DNA of 64,000 nucleotides, taken from contig NC_068983.1 in assembly GCF_001194135.2 (NCBI RefSeq), positions 68,181,841 through 68,245,840 of the forward strand, given 5' to 3'. Positions 25,471-38,214 of this stretch are shown one piece after another. This DNA is from Octopus bimaculoides. Its lineage: Eukaryota. The notes under the pieces are model-generated. The model was not told the origin of the DNA. It was given only the letters and a program-made list of their open reading frames with translations, and made no database searches. The first letter of the stretch is position 1, and every line of letters begins with the position of its first letter. A program made the position numbers and the translations under genes.

Positions 25471-26306
25471 ATTTAGGGATGGTCATGTTGCCAATTTAGC
25501 CAATTAAAACACATGCACTATATATTTTTGGTGTTCACTTGCTTCAGCTTTATTTCATGTTAATTGTATTTCAGCCAGAGGTCTTTCATCACACTTCTGT
25601 AACCTCATCAGTGGTCCTTTGCTTTCTTCTTTCATTTTTTTTTTTTGTGTCTCTCCTTCTATACCAGAATACCAGCATGCCGGACAGGAACACAGAAGTT
25701 AAAATCCTGTCCACACATAGAACAGATGCAACACTTAGACAAATTACGGAAGCTGCACACATAATAGAAGATCAACCTAGCCTAAATAGACAACTAGAAT
25801 GGAACACTAGCACATATTCCCCACATGTCACAACCTAGGACAGAATAAGATCCCCATAAACTAATAATATGAAACTAATACAATAGACAGATAAATAAAT
25901 GGAATTAAATAATTGAATACATAAACAAACAGGGAATAATGATAATGCAGGTACCATACACATTCCCACACACACACACTTACTAAACATAGACACACAC
26001 AGGGATATACGCATGTGCAGATAAAGACACATACAACAGGAATACAAAATGGCAGATTGTTAGAAAAGAGAGACATAAAAAAGAAAGAAGAAAGCAAAGG
26101 ACCACTGATGAGGTCACAGAAGTGTGATGAAAGAACTCTGGCCAAAATACAATTAATATGAAATAAAGCTGAAGCAAGTGAACACTAAAAATATATAGTG
26201 CATGTGTTTTAATTGGCTAAATTGGCAACATGACCATCCCCAAATACAACAATATCTGTTTCAACACACAAATTCACATCAAGAATCTTACAAAACGAAT
26301 ACATAA

Positions 26307-26310
<4 letters not shown>
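25466..26310 (+). mobile_element. 5'-truncated Penelope-like element with inverted pLTRs
   Basis: Arms 25466-25660 and 26060-26250 are inverted copies. Core encodes a GIY-YIG C-terminal-like LRQITEAAHIIEDQPSLNRQLEW*. Confidence 0.75.
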
Positions 26311-26350
<40 letters not shown>

Positions 26351-26729
26351 ATATATATATACATATAGATGTGTGTGTGAATACACAAATCCAAATACAA
26401 AAACACATAATTACAGCTCATACATATACATGACAACACACATTATATTAAAAATACACACATAGACAAGTTCTGTTTATAAACAGGCAAGACTTAAAAA
26501 ATAAGACACCATTTTAACCAGTCAATGCAGCATGCTTGCAACTGCAGATGAACTTTCATCTTCACTCTAAAATAGCCACATCATTCTGCATTGGTCAGTC
26601 ATCAATTTAAATGTGCTAAAGTTAACATGTTTAGTGCACTTGATGATATGCTAGAAGTTGAACAATGAAAGATTTGGAAGAGCAAAGTGTTTGATTGAAA
26701 TTCTATTTCAAGTAAAAAAAAAACCTTTA

Positions 26730-27500
26730 TGGAAACCTTTCTAATATTGCCACAAATGTATCTGATAACAAAACTGACTGAACCATATGCAATATCACAA
26801 ATGGTACCGCGTTTCAGATCAGGAAAAAACAGCTACCCAAATCTGGACGGCATTCGTGACAACTGGCTACATTATATTGTGAAATGCTCATTCTGATGCA
26901 TAAAAAAATCATCACCTGATTATCTGTAAAGTTTCCAGTGAAGTAAATATTTGTAACCTCATGATTTGGAAACAAAAAACTGAAGATATATCATGCTGCC
27001 ACAAAAATCTGCTGACAGACACAAAAGACGTTATGACCACTCAGAACTTGTTTGACCACTTCAATGCTGAGGAAAACTTTCTTGAAAGTATCATAACAGG
27101 TGATGATAGTGTCATAGTAAGTAGGTGTATAGTTATAATGTAGAAACAAAAAAGAAAATCATTGTAATGTGTTGGATTATCCTCCCCCTAACCTAAAAAA
27201 AAAGCATACCACAGTCACTCAAATGTGAAGGAAAAGGCCTGAGGTATGGACAAACAGAAACAGGATGCTGCATCATAAGAACACATCAGCTCAAGAATCA
27301 TTCCATGTCTATAACTTTTGGGCAAAAGCACAAGACATTTCTCATTCCTTAACCACCCTTCAAACTTTTATTTGTTCCCAAAGTTGAAATCCATCCTGAA
27401 AGTTCATTGACTTTGAAAACTTGGTACAAGAGCTAGTCATTACACCTGAAAACATTCTAGGATGTATTCCAAAACCAGAAAAAAAAAACAATGTTGGAAA
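26730..27500 (+). mobile_element. Decayed mariner transposase
   Basis: FLESIITGDD (IITGDE motif) and YLFPKLKSILK remnants. Confidence 0.7.
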
Positions 27501-27660
27501 CAGTTTTTTATCAGAAAATATTTTCAAGAAGTCAAGTTTGAAGGAACTAAGTAAAGCAATAAATTTGTTTTTCAAAATGTTTGGTTTCTTTTTGGGTAGA
27601 TCTTACACATATCCACACAATCACTCAAATACATACACACATTTGAACACATTGACTAAC

Positions 27661-27802
27661 CTTCTAGTAAATCAGCTTTCTCCTTTGGTTTCATTTCCAG
27701 ATGGTCACCTCGGGTGTCAGCATAAATAACGTAGTTAGACATACCCAGGTCATCACACACAATGGCCTGGGTTCTGTTGTTTACCAGAGAACTTCGTAAT
27801 AA
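27661..27802 (-). CDS. DROSHA: Drosha exon E19 (LLRSSLVNNRTQAIVCDDLGMSNYVIYADTRGDHLEMKPKEKADLLE)
   Basis: gtttag/gttagt, 142 nt; RIIIDb D..E catalytic pair. Confidence 0.97.
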
Positions 27803-27919
27803 CTAAACACACCAAAAGATCACAACAGTTAGATTGGTATATATATACATACAAGGTATAAATGCAGGTTATATAAGGGATAACAACTTGATCAACAGAG
27901 TTAGTAAAATATGTAGGGT

Positions 27920-28254
27920 TAGTGGTGGACTAGATCTAAAAATATTGGTTGCCAGGAGACTAAGGGAGCCCACCCGAAACTACAAGGGGGCTCACCTGCA
28001 ACAAGAGGACCCACCTGCAACTACAATGCTATCATTTAATTTTTTTTTTTTTTGTTAAAAGTATTCTTTTCAACTGTCTACAAACACAGCAAGGCTGAAA
28101 TAATTAATGCATTCTTCCAGGAGTGAATAAAAAATTCTCAAACTTGAGGGAATAGGTCCCTTAGATACTAACAGGGTCCCCCATATAGGGATTCTAATGG
28201 CGCAGGGGCCCACTTGCCATTGGGCAAGCTGGCAACCTGGCCAGTCTGCCACTG
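27920..28254. mobile_element. hAT-type MITE
   Basis: TIRs (t/c)agtggtggactag / ccagtctgccactg; perfect 8-bp TSD tgtagggt (27912-27919, 28255-28262). Confidence 0.8.
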
Positions 28255-29325
28255 TGTAGGGTATATATATATAGCACAGTTTGGTACAGTTGCTAGTAGA
28301 GTACAAATAGCAAGTATGGTATATAGGTTAGTAGTGTGTATATAACAATATGGTGTGTTGACTACAAAGGTGCACATAGAGTATGATTTATTTGTCAGTA
28401 TGTGTGATGTATTGGTTAGTAAAATGTATGTAGTAGAGTATAGTGTTGTATGAGTGAAGAGGATATATAAAACATTGTACGTAACATGCTGGTCATTGCA
28501 ATAGGTATATAATAGAAAATCATATGTAATGGTAATAAGTTGCAACAGAATGGCAATAGACCTAAATATAAGCATTTCTAAACTCCACTGCAACCACCAC
28601 CAAAATTTAAAACAAAGAAAAATAAAATTATCATTTTGACGTTGGTGAAGAAATTTTGTAGCTGGGATTATCACAATAAGTATTAGTATTTAATAGATAC
28701 TTAATCCTAGAAGGGTGAAAGAGAAAACTGACCTGAAGATTTGAACTCAGAATGTAAAGGGACATAACTAAATATTCCAAGACAATTAATCAAGCGTTTT
28801 ACCAATTCTGCCACCAACAAACAAAAATTAATATAAATTATCAAAGTAAATATAACTTCCATTTCCATCCACTACCTCTCAACACCACTAAATTTAAGTG
28901 ACAGAAAAAGGATAGGATACATAATCTTATGGAAGTAGGACAGCTATATGGACAAGGTACTGAAATACCAATTACAAACCTTTACATTAAATCCTGATAG
29001 CTATTTCTTCTGTATGTGGGTAGTACACTTAATTCTTCAATACCTTGGTTCTTTTAATTGTTAGAAATACATGCCAGGTCTTCAGGAATATTAGCTACAA
29101 TTGACTGACATCTTACCCAGATCATCTCTCTCTCTCTCTCTCTCCTTAATGTTAGAGGTATTTACATAACACTGATGATCGAGTAGTCCACCTCCACTTA
29201 GCAACAGAATTGATTATCCAGTTAGAAAAGCAATTACTTCAACCAAACCCACCCCATCTAACCTAGACCCACAAAATAAATAAAAGAACAGTAAAATGAA
29301 ATAAACAATTCATTCTTTACTATGG

Positions 29326-29476
29326 TGTTAGGAAGGGCATCCAGCTGTAGAAACTCTGCCAAATTTAGATTGGAGCCTGGTGTTGCCATCCGGTTTCACC
29401 AGTCCTCAGTCAAGTCGTCCAACCCATGCTAGCATGGAAAGCGGATGTTAAACGATGATGATGATGATGATGATGA
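29326..29476 (+). mobile_element. RTE 3' tail (plus orientation)
   Basis: ...ccatgctagcatggaaagcggatgttaaac(gat)n. Confidence 0.85.
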
Positions 29477-29860
29477 ATAGGACCAAACAGTAACCTACTT
29501 ACAAAACCAGTGACATTTTGAACAGTGTAGGAATCACTTATGGAATCAGCATTATACTATACCATTCCTTCTAACATCCAGTTTGGGAACAGATATTAGA
29601 CTAGCATCATTATAGGATCTGTCATATATCACTACATACTACTAGTGAGTCAATGAAGGAACATCTATGCAGCCACGTAGCCTGCTAGATATAACAGCCA
29701 AATCCTTCAAATCACAAACTACTCAAAATTAAAATGCTCGGGAAAATGTAGTCCAAGGTCTATTTCTTAAAAGAGAGAATAACTGGAATAATTGTTCTCT
29801 CTTAGCTGCACACATGTGCATACACATGCTTGGCAATCAGCACACAAATGGAAATAATGT

Positions 29861-31290
29861 AGTCGTCGTCGTCGTCGCCGTTTAACGTCCATTTTCCATG
29901 CTAACATGGGTTGGACGATTTGACTGAGGACTGGTGGACCAGGAGGCGACACCAGGCTCCAATCTGATTTGGCAGAGTTTCTACAGCTGGATGCCCTTCC
30001 TAACGCCAACCACTCAGAGCGTGTAGTGGGTGCTTTTTACATGTCACCAGCACGAAGGCCAGTCAGGCAGTACTGGCAACAGCCAGGCTCAAAATGGTGT
30101 ATCTTATGTGCCACCCGCACAAGAGCCAGTCCAGGGGCACTGGCAACGATCTCGCTCGAAAGTCCTTACACATGCCGCGGGCACAAGTGCCAGAAAGGCG
30201 ACGCTGGGCACAGGTGCCATCNNNNNNNNNNNNNNNNNNNNNNNNNNNNNNNNNNNNNNNNNNNNNNNNNNNNNNNNNNNNNNNNNNNNNNNNNNNNNNN
30301 NNNNNNNNNNNNNNNNNNNNNNNNNNNNNNNNNNNNNNNNNNNNNNNNNNNNNNNNNNNNNNNNNNNNNNNNNNNNNNNNNNNNNNNNNNNNNNNNNNNN
30401 NNNNNNNNNNNNNNNNNNNNNNNNNNNNNNNNNNNNNNNNNNNNNNNNNNNNNNNNNNNNNNNNNNNNNNNNNNNNNNNNNNNNNNNNNNNNNNNNNNNN
30501 NNNNNNNNNNNNNNNNNNNNNNNNNNNNNNNNNNNNNNNNNNNNNNNNNNNNNNNNNNNNNNNNNNNNNNNNNNNNNNNNNNNNNNNNNNNNNNNNNNNN
30601 NNNNNNNNNNNNNNNNNNNNNNNNNNNNNNNNNNNNNNNNNNNNNNNNNNNNNNNNNNNNNNNNNNNNNNNNNNNNNNNNNNNNNNNNNNNNNNNNNNNN
30701 NNNNNNNNNNNNNNNNNNNNNNNNNNNNNNNNNNNNNNNNNNNNNNNNNNNNNNNNNNNNNNNNNNNNNNNNNNNNNNNNNNNNNNNNNNNNNNNNNNNN
30801 NNNNNNNNNNNNNNNNNNNNNNNNNNNNNNNNNNNNNNNNNNNNNNNNNNNNNNNNNNNNNNNNNNNNNNNNNNNNNNNNNNNNNNNNNNNNNNNNNNNN
30901 NNNNNNNNNNNNNNNNNNNNNNNNNNNNNNNNNNNNNNNNNNNNNNNNNNNNNNNNNNNNNNNNNNNNNNNNNNNNNNNNNNNNNNNNNNNNNNNNNNNN
31001 NNNNNNNNNNNNNNNNNNNNNNNNNNNNNNNNNNNNNNNNNNNNNNNNNNNNNNNNNNNNNNNNNNNNNNNNNNNNNNNNNNNNNNNNNNGTTCTCTGAA
31101 CTTTGCCCAGGCTATTCTTATTCTAGCAGCTACACTTTCAGCGCACCCTTCCCCACTACTAACTTGGTCACCTAGATAGCTGAAGCTATCAACTACGTCT
31201 AGTTTTTCTCCCTGGAATGTGGCAGAAGTTGTTTTCTGCACATTTACAGTGTTTATAGCTCCTGAACATTTGCTACATACAATTATGTGT
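29861..31290 (-). mobile_element. RTE LINE, 5'-truncated, spans an N-gap
   Basis: EKLDVVDSFSYLGD...ARIRIAWAKFRE left in ORF2; 3'UTR and tail at about 29870. Confidence 0.8.
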
Positions 31291-32068
31291 TTGTCCCCAC
31301 CAACGTCGCTTGACAACCGATGCTGGTGTATTTACGTCCCCATAACTTAGCGGTTCAGCAAAAAGAGACCGATAGAATAAGTAGTAGGCTTACAAAGAAT
31401 AAGTCCTGGGGTCGATTTGCTCGACTAAAGGCGGTGCTCCAGCATGGCCGCAGTGAAATGACTGAAACAAGTAAAAGAGTAAAAGTATAAAAGTCTACTC
31501 AGTCAGGGTTTTACTGAAGCTAAACAACAGCCAAAACATCACTTCAACGATATTCTCTTTAATTATTTGCTGAGGGTGTGCACAGACATTTACTGTGTCC
31601 AAATTTTGTCTTTCTTTGTAGAGTATGAACATGTCCATGTTAGTAACCATCATAAATTAAAAAACAAGATCAATTCCTTCTTAAAAGCTACTACTCATGA
31701 ATGATGGTAATGTATATGATAGACTTAGATGGAGCATTGCAAGCCACTATCTCCTATGTTTATGCTCAACTTAGAGGGATCATCGCACACAACACCACCA
31801 CATTATAGCACTGCAAGAAACAAGGGACCAACTACCTGAACTATTAATGTGCCTGAAAATCACCCTCAAATCCCTCCCCACCATCTTCAAAAAGAATACA
31901 TGGGATTATGTTGTCTTAGATTCCCTGCTATATAACAAAAGATTGTATAATCACAGACAGAAATACTTCTGCTCAATCCGAGTTGGTCTTGAGCTAAGCA
32001 ACAACAACATCAATAGTAATCACTGCAAATTATACCCAACGAAATAAAACTACCAGTCAAATACTCAC

Positions 32069-32174
32069 AGACAAGTGACCTTCATGATGGTCTGGAAAAT
32101 GACGGAATAGATATTCAGAGGCAACCAGTTGTAGGACAGTGTCACCAAGAAACTCAAGTCGTTGATTGTGACCT
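32069..32174 (-). CDS. DROSHA: Drosha exon E18 ([35 protein letters not shown]), RIIIDb signature
   Basis: taccag/gtgagt, 106 nt. Confidence 0.97.
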
Positions 32175-32447
32175 CTGGTAAGTGAATAAAAGAGAAAAAT
32201 GTTAGTTACTTACAAAGAGAAATAAGATGTGATATCTATTTCTCTCTTTGGGAAATTAGCAATGTGACTGACCAAAACATCTGGTTTCAATTATATATAC
32301 ACACACACACACACACAATCTGGTATTGTACCAACAGTACCTGCTTTTATAGCAAATTGATGCAGGTAGTTTATCCCGTCGCCCCCTAACTTTTAGTTCA
32401 TGCAAATGAAAAAACTGCATTATTTATGAGATGACTCAAATATATAT

Positions 32448-35270
32448 CATCATCATCATCATCATCTAACGTCCCCTTTCCATGCTGGCATGGGTTGGAT
32501 GATTTGACTGAGGACTGGCAAGCCAGGAGGCTGCACCAGGCTCCAATCTGATCTGGCAAGGTTTCTACGGCTGGATGCCCTTCCTAACACCAACCACACC
32601 AAGAGTGTAATGGGTGCTTCTTACGTGCTATCAGCATAGGGACCAGTCAGGCGGCACTGGCATCGACCACGCTCGAATGGTGCCTTTTACATGCCACCAG
32701 CACAGGAGTCAGTCAGGCAGTATTGGCATCGACCACACTCGAATGGTCCTTTTACTTTTTACATGCCCCCGACACAGATGCCAGTCAGGCAGCACTGACA
32801 TCGGCCACAACTACGATTTCACTTGACTCAACAAGTCTTCTCAAGCACAGCATATTGCCCAATGACTGAAAGGTACTTTTAAATGAACCAGTTATGCAAC
32901 ACTGGCACTGGCCTCAGCTATGATCTTACTTGGCTTGCAGGGTCTTCTCAAGCACAGCATATCTCCAAAGGTCTCGATTGCTTGTCATTGCCTCTATGAG
33001 GCCCAACAATCGAAGGTCGTGCTTCACCACCTCATTCCATGTCTTCCTGGGTCTACCTCTTCCATAGGTTCTCTCCATTGTTAGGGTGTGACACTTTTTC
33101 ACACAGCTGTCCTCATCCATACGCAACACATGACCATACCAGCGCAGTCATCTCTCTTGCACACCACATCTGATGCTTCTTATGTCTTTTCTTTCAGGGC
33201 GCTTACACTCTGTCATGCATGCACACTGACATTACACATCCAACGAAGCATACTAGCTTCATTTCTTCATGTCTTCAGCAGTCACAGCCCATGTTTCATT
33301 GCTGTGTAGCATGGCTGTTCGCACACATGCATCATACAGTCTACCTTTTACTTTGTGCAAGAGGCACTTTGCTACCAGTAGAAGCAGGAGCTCTCAGAAA
33401 TTTGTCCAGGTTATTCTTATTCTAGCAGCTACACTCTCAGAACATCCACCCCAGCAACTGACTTGGTCACTTAGGTAAAGGAAGCTATCAACTACTTATA
33501 GTTTTTCCCCCTGGCATGTGATGGTTTCTGTTTCCTGTACATCTTTGATGTTTATTGCCCCTGTGCACCTGCCACACACAAAAACTATCTTCCCAGTTAA
33601 CCTTCCTTTGATATTGCTGTACCCCTTATGTGTCTATAGCTTACAGCGAGTAAATCTTGTGGAGTTTCTACCTACACCTTTTCTACAGATCAAGCAGTGC
33701 CATCCACCTGAAGGGATCTGTGATTTGTCTGCCTTCCTACTTACTAGGATTTTGGTTTTTGCTAGATTGACTCTGAGGCCCTTCGATTCTAGACCTTGCT
33801 CCACACCTGAAACTTCTTCTCTAGTTCTGGTAGTGACTCTGCTATTAGAGCAAGGTCATCAGCATAGAGGAGCTCCCAGGGGCAGCCTATCTTGAATTCC
33901 TATGTTATTACCTGGAGGACTATGATGAATAAGAGGGGACTGAGGACTGATCCTTGGTGAGCCCCTATTTCTACCCAGAATTCTTCACTATACTCATTGC
34001 CAACCCTTGACTTACTGACAGCATTCCTGTACATAGCTTGTACAGCTCTCACCAACCACTCATCTATCCCTAGTTTCCACATTGACCACCAGAGAAGGGA
34101 TTGGAGGACCCTGTCAAAGGCTTTCTCCACGTCAATGAAAACCAAATACAGATGTTTACCTTTGGCTAAGAATTTCTCCTGCAGCTGTCTTACCAGAAAT
34201 ATAGCCTCAGTGGTGCTTCTCCCTGGCACAAACCTAAACTAACTTTCTCCTTAATTAGTTGGGCTATGACCCTCTCCGTGACTTTCATCACCTGATCCAA
34301 CAATTTGATACCCCTGTAGTTATTTCTATCTAAAGCATCACCTTTACTTTTGTAGCAGTTGACTATGGTGCTGCTATACCAGTCATTGGGTTAGGATTCC
34401 TTCATGTATCACCTGGTTGACTATATGGGTGACTAGATTATAGCCTACACTGCCAGATATTTTAAGCATCTCATCAGTGATTCCTGATGGGCCAAGGGCT
34501 TTCCCTGTCTTCATACTTTTAATTGCTTTATCTACCAAGGTACTGTCAATTCGAATAGCTGGTCCCTCTGTTGGGTCGACATTCGGCAGACTCTCTTTCT
34601 CCCATTCATCCTCTTCATTTAGCAACCTTTCACAGTGACATCTCCAAGTCTCTCTCTTTGCAGCATCATTAAATGCAAGTGAGCCATCATCCATGCACAC
34701 ACATTTCTCTTCTATGACATTGCGACTCTCTCTCTCACACACTGTCTTGCAATACGAAATACTTCAAGTCTTTGGTCCTCATGGTGCAGAATATTGGCAA
34801 ATATTTTCTTATCTGCTTCCCCTCTGGCTAAGTAAACCTGTCTCCTAGCTTCCCTTCTGGCAATCTGGTACAGTTCCCTGCTACCATCACACTTCCAGTC
34901 CTTCAATGCCTGTTTCTTTAATGGCCCTGTCAACTACATTGTTCCATAACCACGTTACCTTAAGTTGAGAGGGAACTTTGCACCAGCCACAGATCTGGTC
35001 AGTAGTCCTCAACAGGTTGTCCTGTAAGAACCTCCAGTTGTCCTCCACATTATGTAATGCTATATCCTCCTGTTTTTCATCAAAAGCTTCAAGTAATACA
35101 TCTCTAAATCTCTGTCTATTCAGAGGATCCTTAAGCTTCCCGGCCCTTTTTTCCATGCTGGTTGTGTTCTGGGCAGCCATTTAGCCCTGGTCCTGAAGTC
35201 ACTGACTACTAACCTATGTTGTGGGGTGCATTCTTCCCCTGAAGAAGTTTTGGCATTTATAAGTAGCCAT
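32448..35270 (-). mobile_element. RTE-clade LINE, about 2.8 kb, 5'-truncated and degenerate
   Basis: GEECTPQHRLVVSDF (EN end); PGRSTTEAIFLVRQLQEK...FIDVEKAFDRV...GAHQGSVLSPLLF (RT); GRGRPRKTW C-terminus; 3'UTR with (CAT)n tail. Confidence 0.92.
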
Positions 35271-35681
35271 CTGTGTGTGTATGTGTGCGTGTATGTGTGT
35301 GTGTTCTAAACATTATCATCTTTCATCTGTTTTTCCATGTTGGCATGGGTTAGAATAGTCTCATAGAATTGTCTTGGCATTTCTTTGTTGTTCTTCGCCA
35401 CCTGGTACACAACACAACAACAAAAAACCCCACCACCACCAACCATTGTTATTGTGTATGCCACAAACCAGGCATGGGCAGCCTTTTTCAAGAAGTGGGT
35501 TGCATGAGACATGTTTCATCATCAGGTGGGCCTAAAAAAATTCAAGGTATTTTTTCGTCAGGTGTGCCATTCAGAAATTCCTGCAAGCCACAATTTGCCC
35601 ATGACTAACATAAATTCATGCATTTAAAAGATGGAAAGTAATGGGAGTAGCGGAGTGCAGAAGTTTTAGGGAAAGACTTAC

Positions 35682-35785
35682 AGAGTCAAGTTGTTGTATC
35701 CCACATTGCGGAGAGTGAAAGCTCTAGCCAGGAGTCTGATATGGCAGAAGGTAATGCCTGTGTCATCTTCAAATCTCACCAATTT
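35682..35785 (-). CDS. DROSHA: Drosha exon E17 (KLVRFEDDTGITFCHIRLLARAFTLRNVGYNNLT)
   Basis: ttccag/gtaagt, 104 nt. Confidence 0.97.
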
Positions 35786-35877
35786 CTGGAATTACATTTT
35801 TATCCATTTTATTTTGTGTTAAAGAAATACACACACACACATATGCACAAATACACACACATATGCACACACACACA

Positions 35878-35937
<60 letters not shown>

Positions 35938-36186
35938 GTCTTTCATTTCTCATCACTAGGCTATCTTCTATTCATATCCTTGGTCATCTTGCATTGAACA
36001 AACAAAGATAGCAGAGAATAGTGAGGTATCTTTACGCTTGCTGAGGACAAGGCAACCTGTCTAGGGAGGGTGCTACAATAAAATGCACCCAATACATTTT
36101 GTGAAGGGATTGAGGTAAGAAAGTGCATCCAGCCATAGAAAATATACCAAAAGTGGAATGTACAGGAGAGTTATAATTTTAATAAT

Positions 36187-36333
36187 ATCATCATCATCAT
36201 CATCATCATCATTGTTTAACGTCCGCTTTCCATGCTAGCATGGGTTGGATGATTTGACTGAGGACTGGCAAACCAGATGGCTGCACCATACTCCAATCTG
36301 ATCTGGCAGAGTTTCTACAGCTGGATGCCCTTA
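36187..36333 (-). mobile_element. RTE 3' tail abutting the tRNA-Phe trailer
   Basis: Same tail family, truncated at ggatgccctt. Confidence 0.85.
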
Positions 36334-36355
36334 AAGAAATGTGCCAACCACCGGA

Positions 36356-36426
36356 TGCCGAAACCCGGGATCCAACCAGGGACCTTTAGATCTTCAGTCT
36401 AACGCCCTCCCAACTGAGCTATTTCG

Positions 36427-36428
<2 letters not shown>
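36356..36428 (-). tRNA. tRNA-Phe(GAA) copy, probably a pseudogene, intronic and sense to Drosha
   Basis: Minus strand reads ATCGAAATAGCTCAGTTGGGAGGGCGTTAGACTGAAGATCTAAAGGTCCCTGGTTGGATCCCGGGTTTCGGCA. Four changes from the canonical metazoan tRNA-Phe as I recall it (positions 1, 2, 23, 56); B-box GTTCGA is changed to GTTGGA. Confidence 0.85.
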
Positions 36429-36477
<49 letters not shown>

Positions 36478-36587
36478 TAACTTGGTGACCTCACTGCTTC
36501 TGGTGCATGTCTGTGTATGTTTGTGTTTGCTTGTATGCATATATATGTGTATGTGCATGTATAGTGTATATGTGTGTATATAAGTAC

Positions 36588-36757
36588 CTGAAGTGCTGGT
36601 GATGATTCTACCCAGTGACGGTCTCCTTCCGGTTCATCCTCCTGTAAGGGGTGCAGAGGAAGTTGTTTCCAAGTACGTACCAGGTCAGTATCATCAAATA
36701 ACGTCTTGGCAAAGATCTTGTCCACCAAATCAACACCTCCATCAAGAAACAAAGCAC
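36588..36757 (-). CDS. DROSHA: Drosha exon E16 (GALFLDGGVDLVDKIFAKTLFDD...HPLQEDEPEGDRHWVESSPALQ)
   Basis: atccag/gtactt, 170 nt. Confidence 0.96.
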
Positions 36758-37285
36758 CTGGATAAAATAGCAACATAAACAACAACATGAACAACAACCC
36801 AACAAGGACGCCTTTATGTAGTCAGTTACCCTGCTAGAAGTAGCAGTCATTTCCATCAAAGCATAACCTACTGTTTAAAAGAAAAGTGAAACCTATTGGA
36901 TTAATGTAGACATTGTTACATTATGTCTGAAAAATTATGAGATGGTCATAGTTAGTTGATCCAGATTAACATGGAGCTAATCAACACCAGTATCAGACAT
37001 TTGAAAGAAAATAAGACATGAATATATCACATAGAGACTACAGTATGTAATAAATGGAAGTGTGTACTACCATGGAGCAACAATCTACCTCTAAAATTTC
37101 TTAATTGGATTATATGGATAACAGGCTTATATTCTGACCACCTGCAGCTACTCTTTACTNNNNNNNNNNNNNNNNNNNNNNNNNNNNNNNNNNNNNNNNN
37201 NNNNNNNNNNNNNNNNNNNNNNNNNNNNNNNNNNNNNNNNNNNNNNNNNNNNNNNNNNNNNNNNNNNNNNNNNNNNNNNNNNNNN

Positions 37286-37790
37286 GGCCACCGCCTTTAG
37301 TCGAGCAAATCGACCCCAGGACTTATTCTTTGGAAGCCTAGTAGTTATTCTATCAGTCTCTTTTTGCCAAACCGCTAAGTTATGGGGACGTAAACACACC
37401 AGCATCGGTTGTCAAGCGAAGTTGGGGGGACAAACACAGACACAAACATATACACACACATACATCATCTTCGTCGTTTAATGTCCGCTTTCCATGCTAG
37501 CATGGGTTGGACGATTTGACTGAGGACTGGTGATACCAGATGGCTACACCAGGCTCCAAACTGATTTGGCAGAGTTTCTACAGTTGGATGCCCTTCCTAA
37601 CGCCAACCACTCCGAGCGTGTACATATATATGACGGGCATCTTTCAGTTTCTGTCTACCAAATCCACTCACAAGGCTTTGGTCGGCCCGAGGCTATAGTA
37701 GAAGACACTTGCCCAAGGTGCCACGCAGTGGGACTGAACCCGGAACCATGTGGTTGGTAAGCAAGCCACTTACCACACAGTCACTCTTTC
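37286..37790 (-). mobile_element. SINE family A with an RTE tail (37464-37620) nested in its internal microsatellite
   Basis: SINE tail half, then RTE tail, then SINE head half. Confidence 0.8.
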
Positions 37791-37860
37791 CTCAGAAGCA
37801 TCTACAGGATCTGGAAAATCAGAAATGGATAGAGAGTCATCTGATCACTAGCTACATTAA

Positions 37861-38084
37861 CTCTTTTGGTACCAACTCACCTGAGACTGCCCATGGTTCT
37901 ACGATACAAATTGTTTGTTTAAAGTGATCTAAATTAAAACCTTCCATCAAAATTTCATGTTCGTTTTTATTCTAAACAACAGCTTAATAATGACAAAGTT
38001 ATTTTACCAAATTCTTCATTATTTTCAAAATTAATTGAAATAAAGGCAGTATATTTCAACAGAAATCTAGAAGTTAAGATAGGG
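37861..38084. mobile_element. piggyBac-like MITE
   Basis: Flanked by TTAA on both sides with ctcttt...agggt ends; partial inverted relative at about 24355-24460. Confidence 0.55.
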
Positions 38085-38214
38085 TTAAGATTCTGAAGAA
38101 ATGTCAGTAGCATTGAAGTTGCATAATGACTTTATTCTTATATCATCTTTCGATATATTGGATTATATAGGGTGTTTCTATGGTACTAAACCATGAAAAT
38201 TTGCTGGGTGTGAC

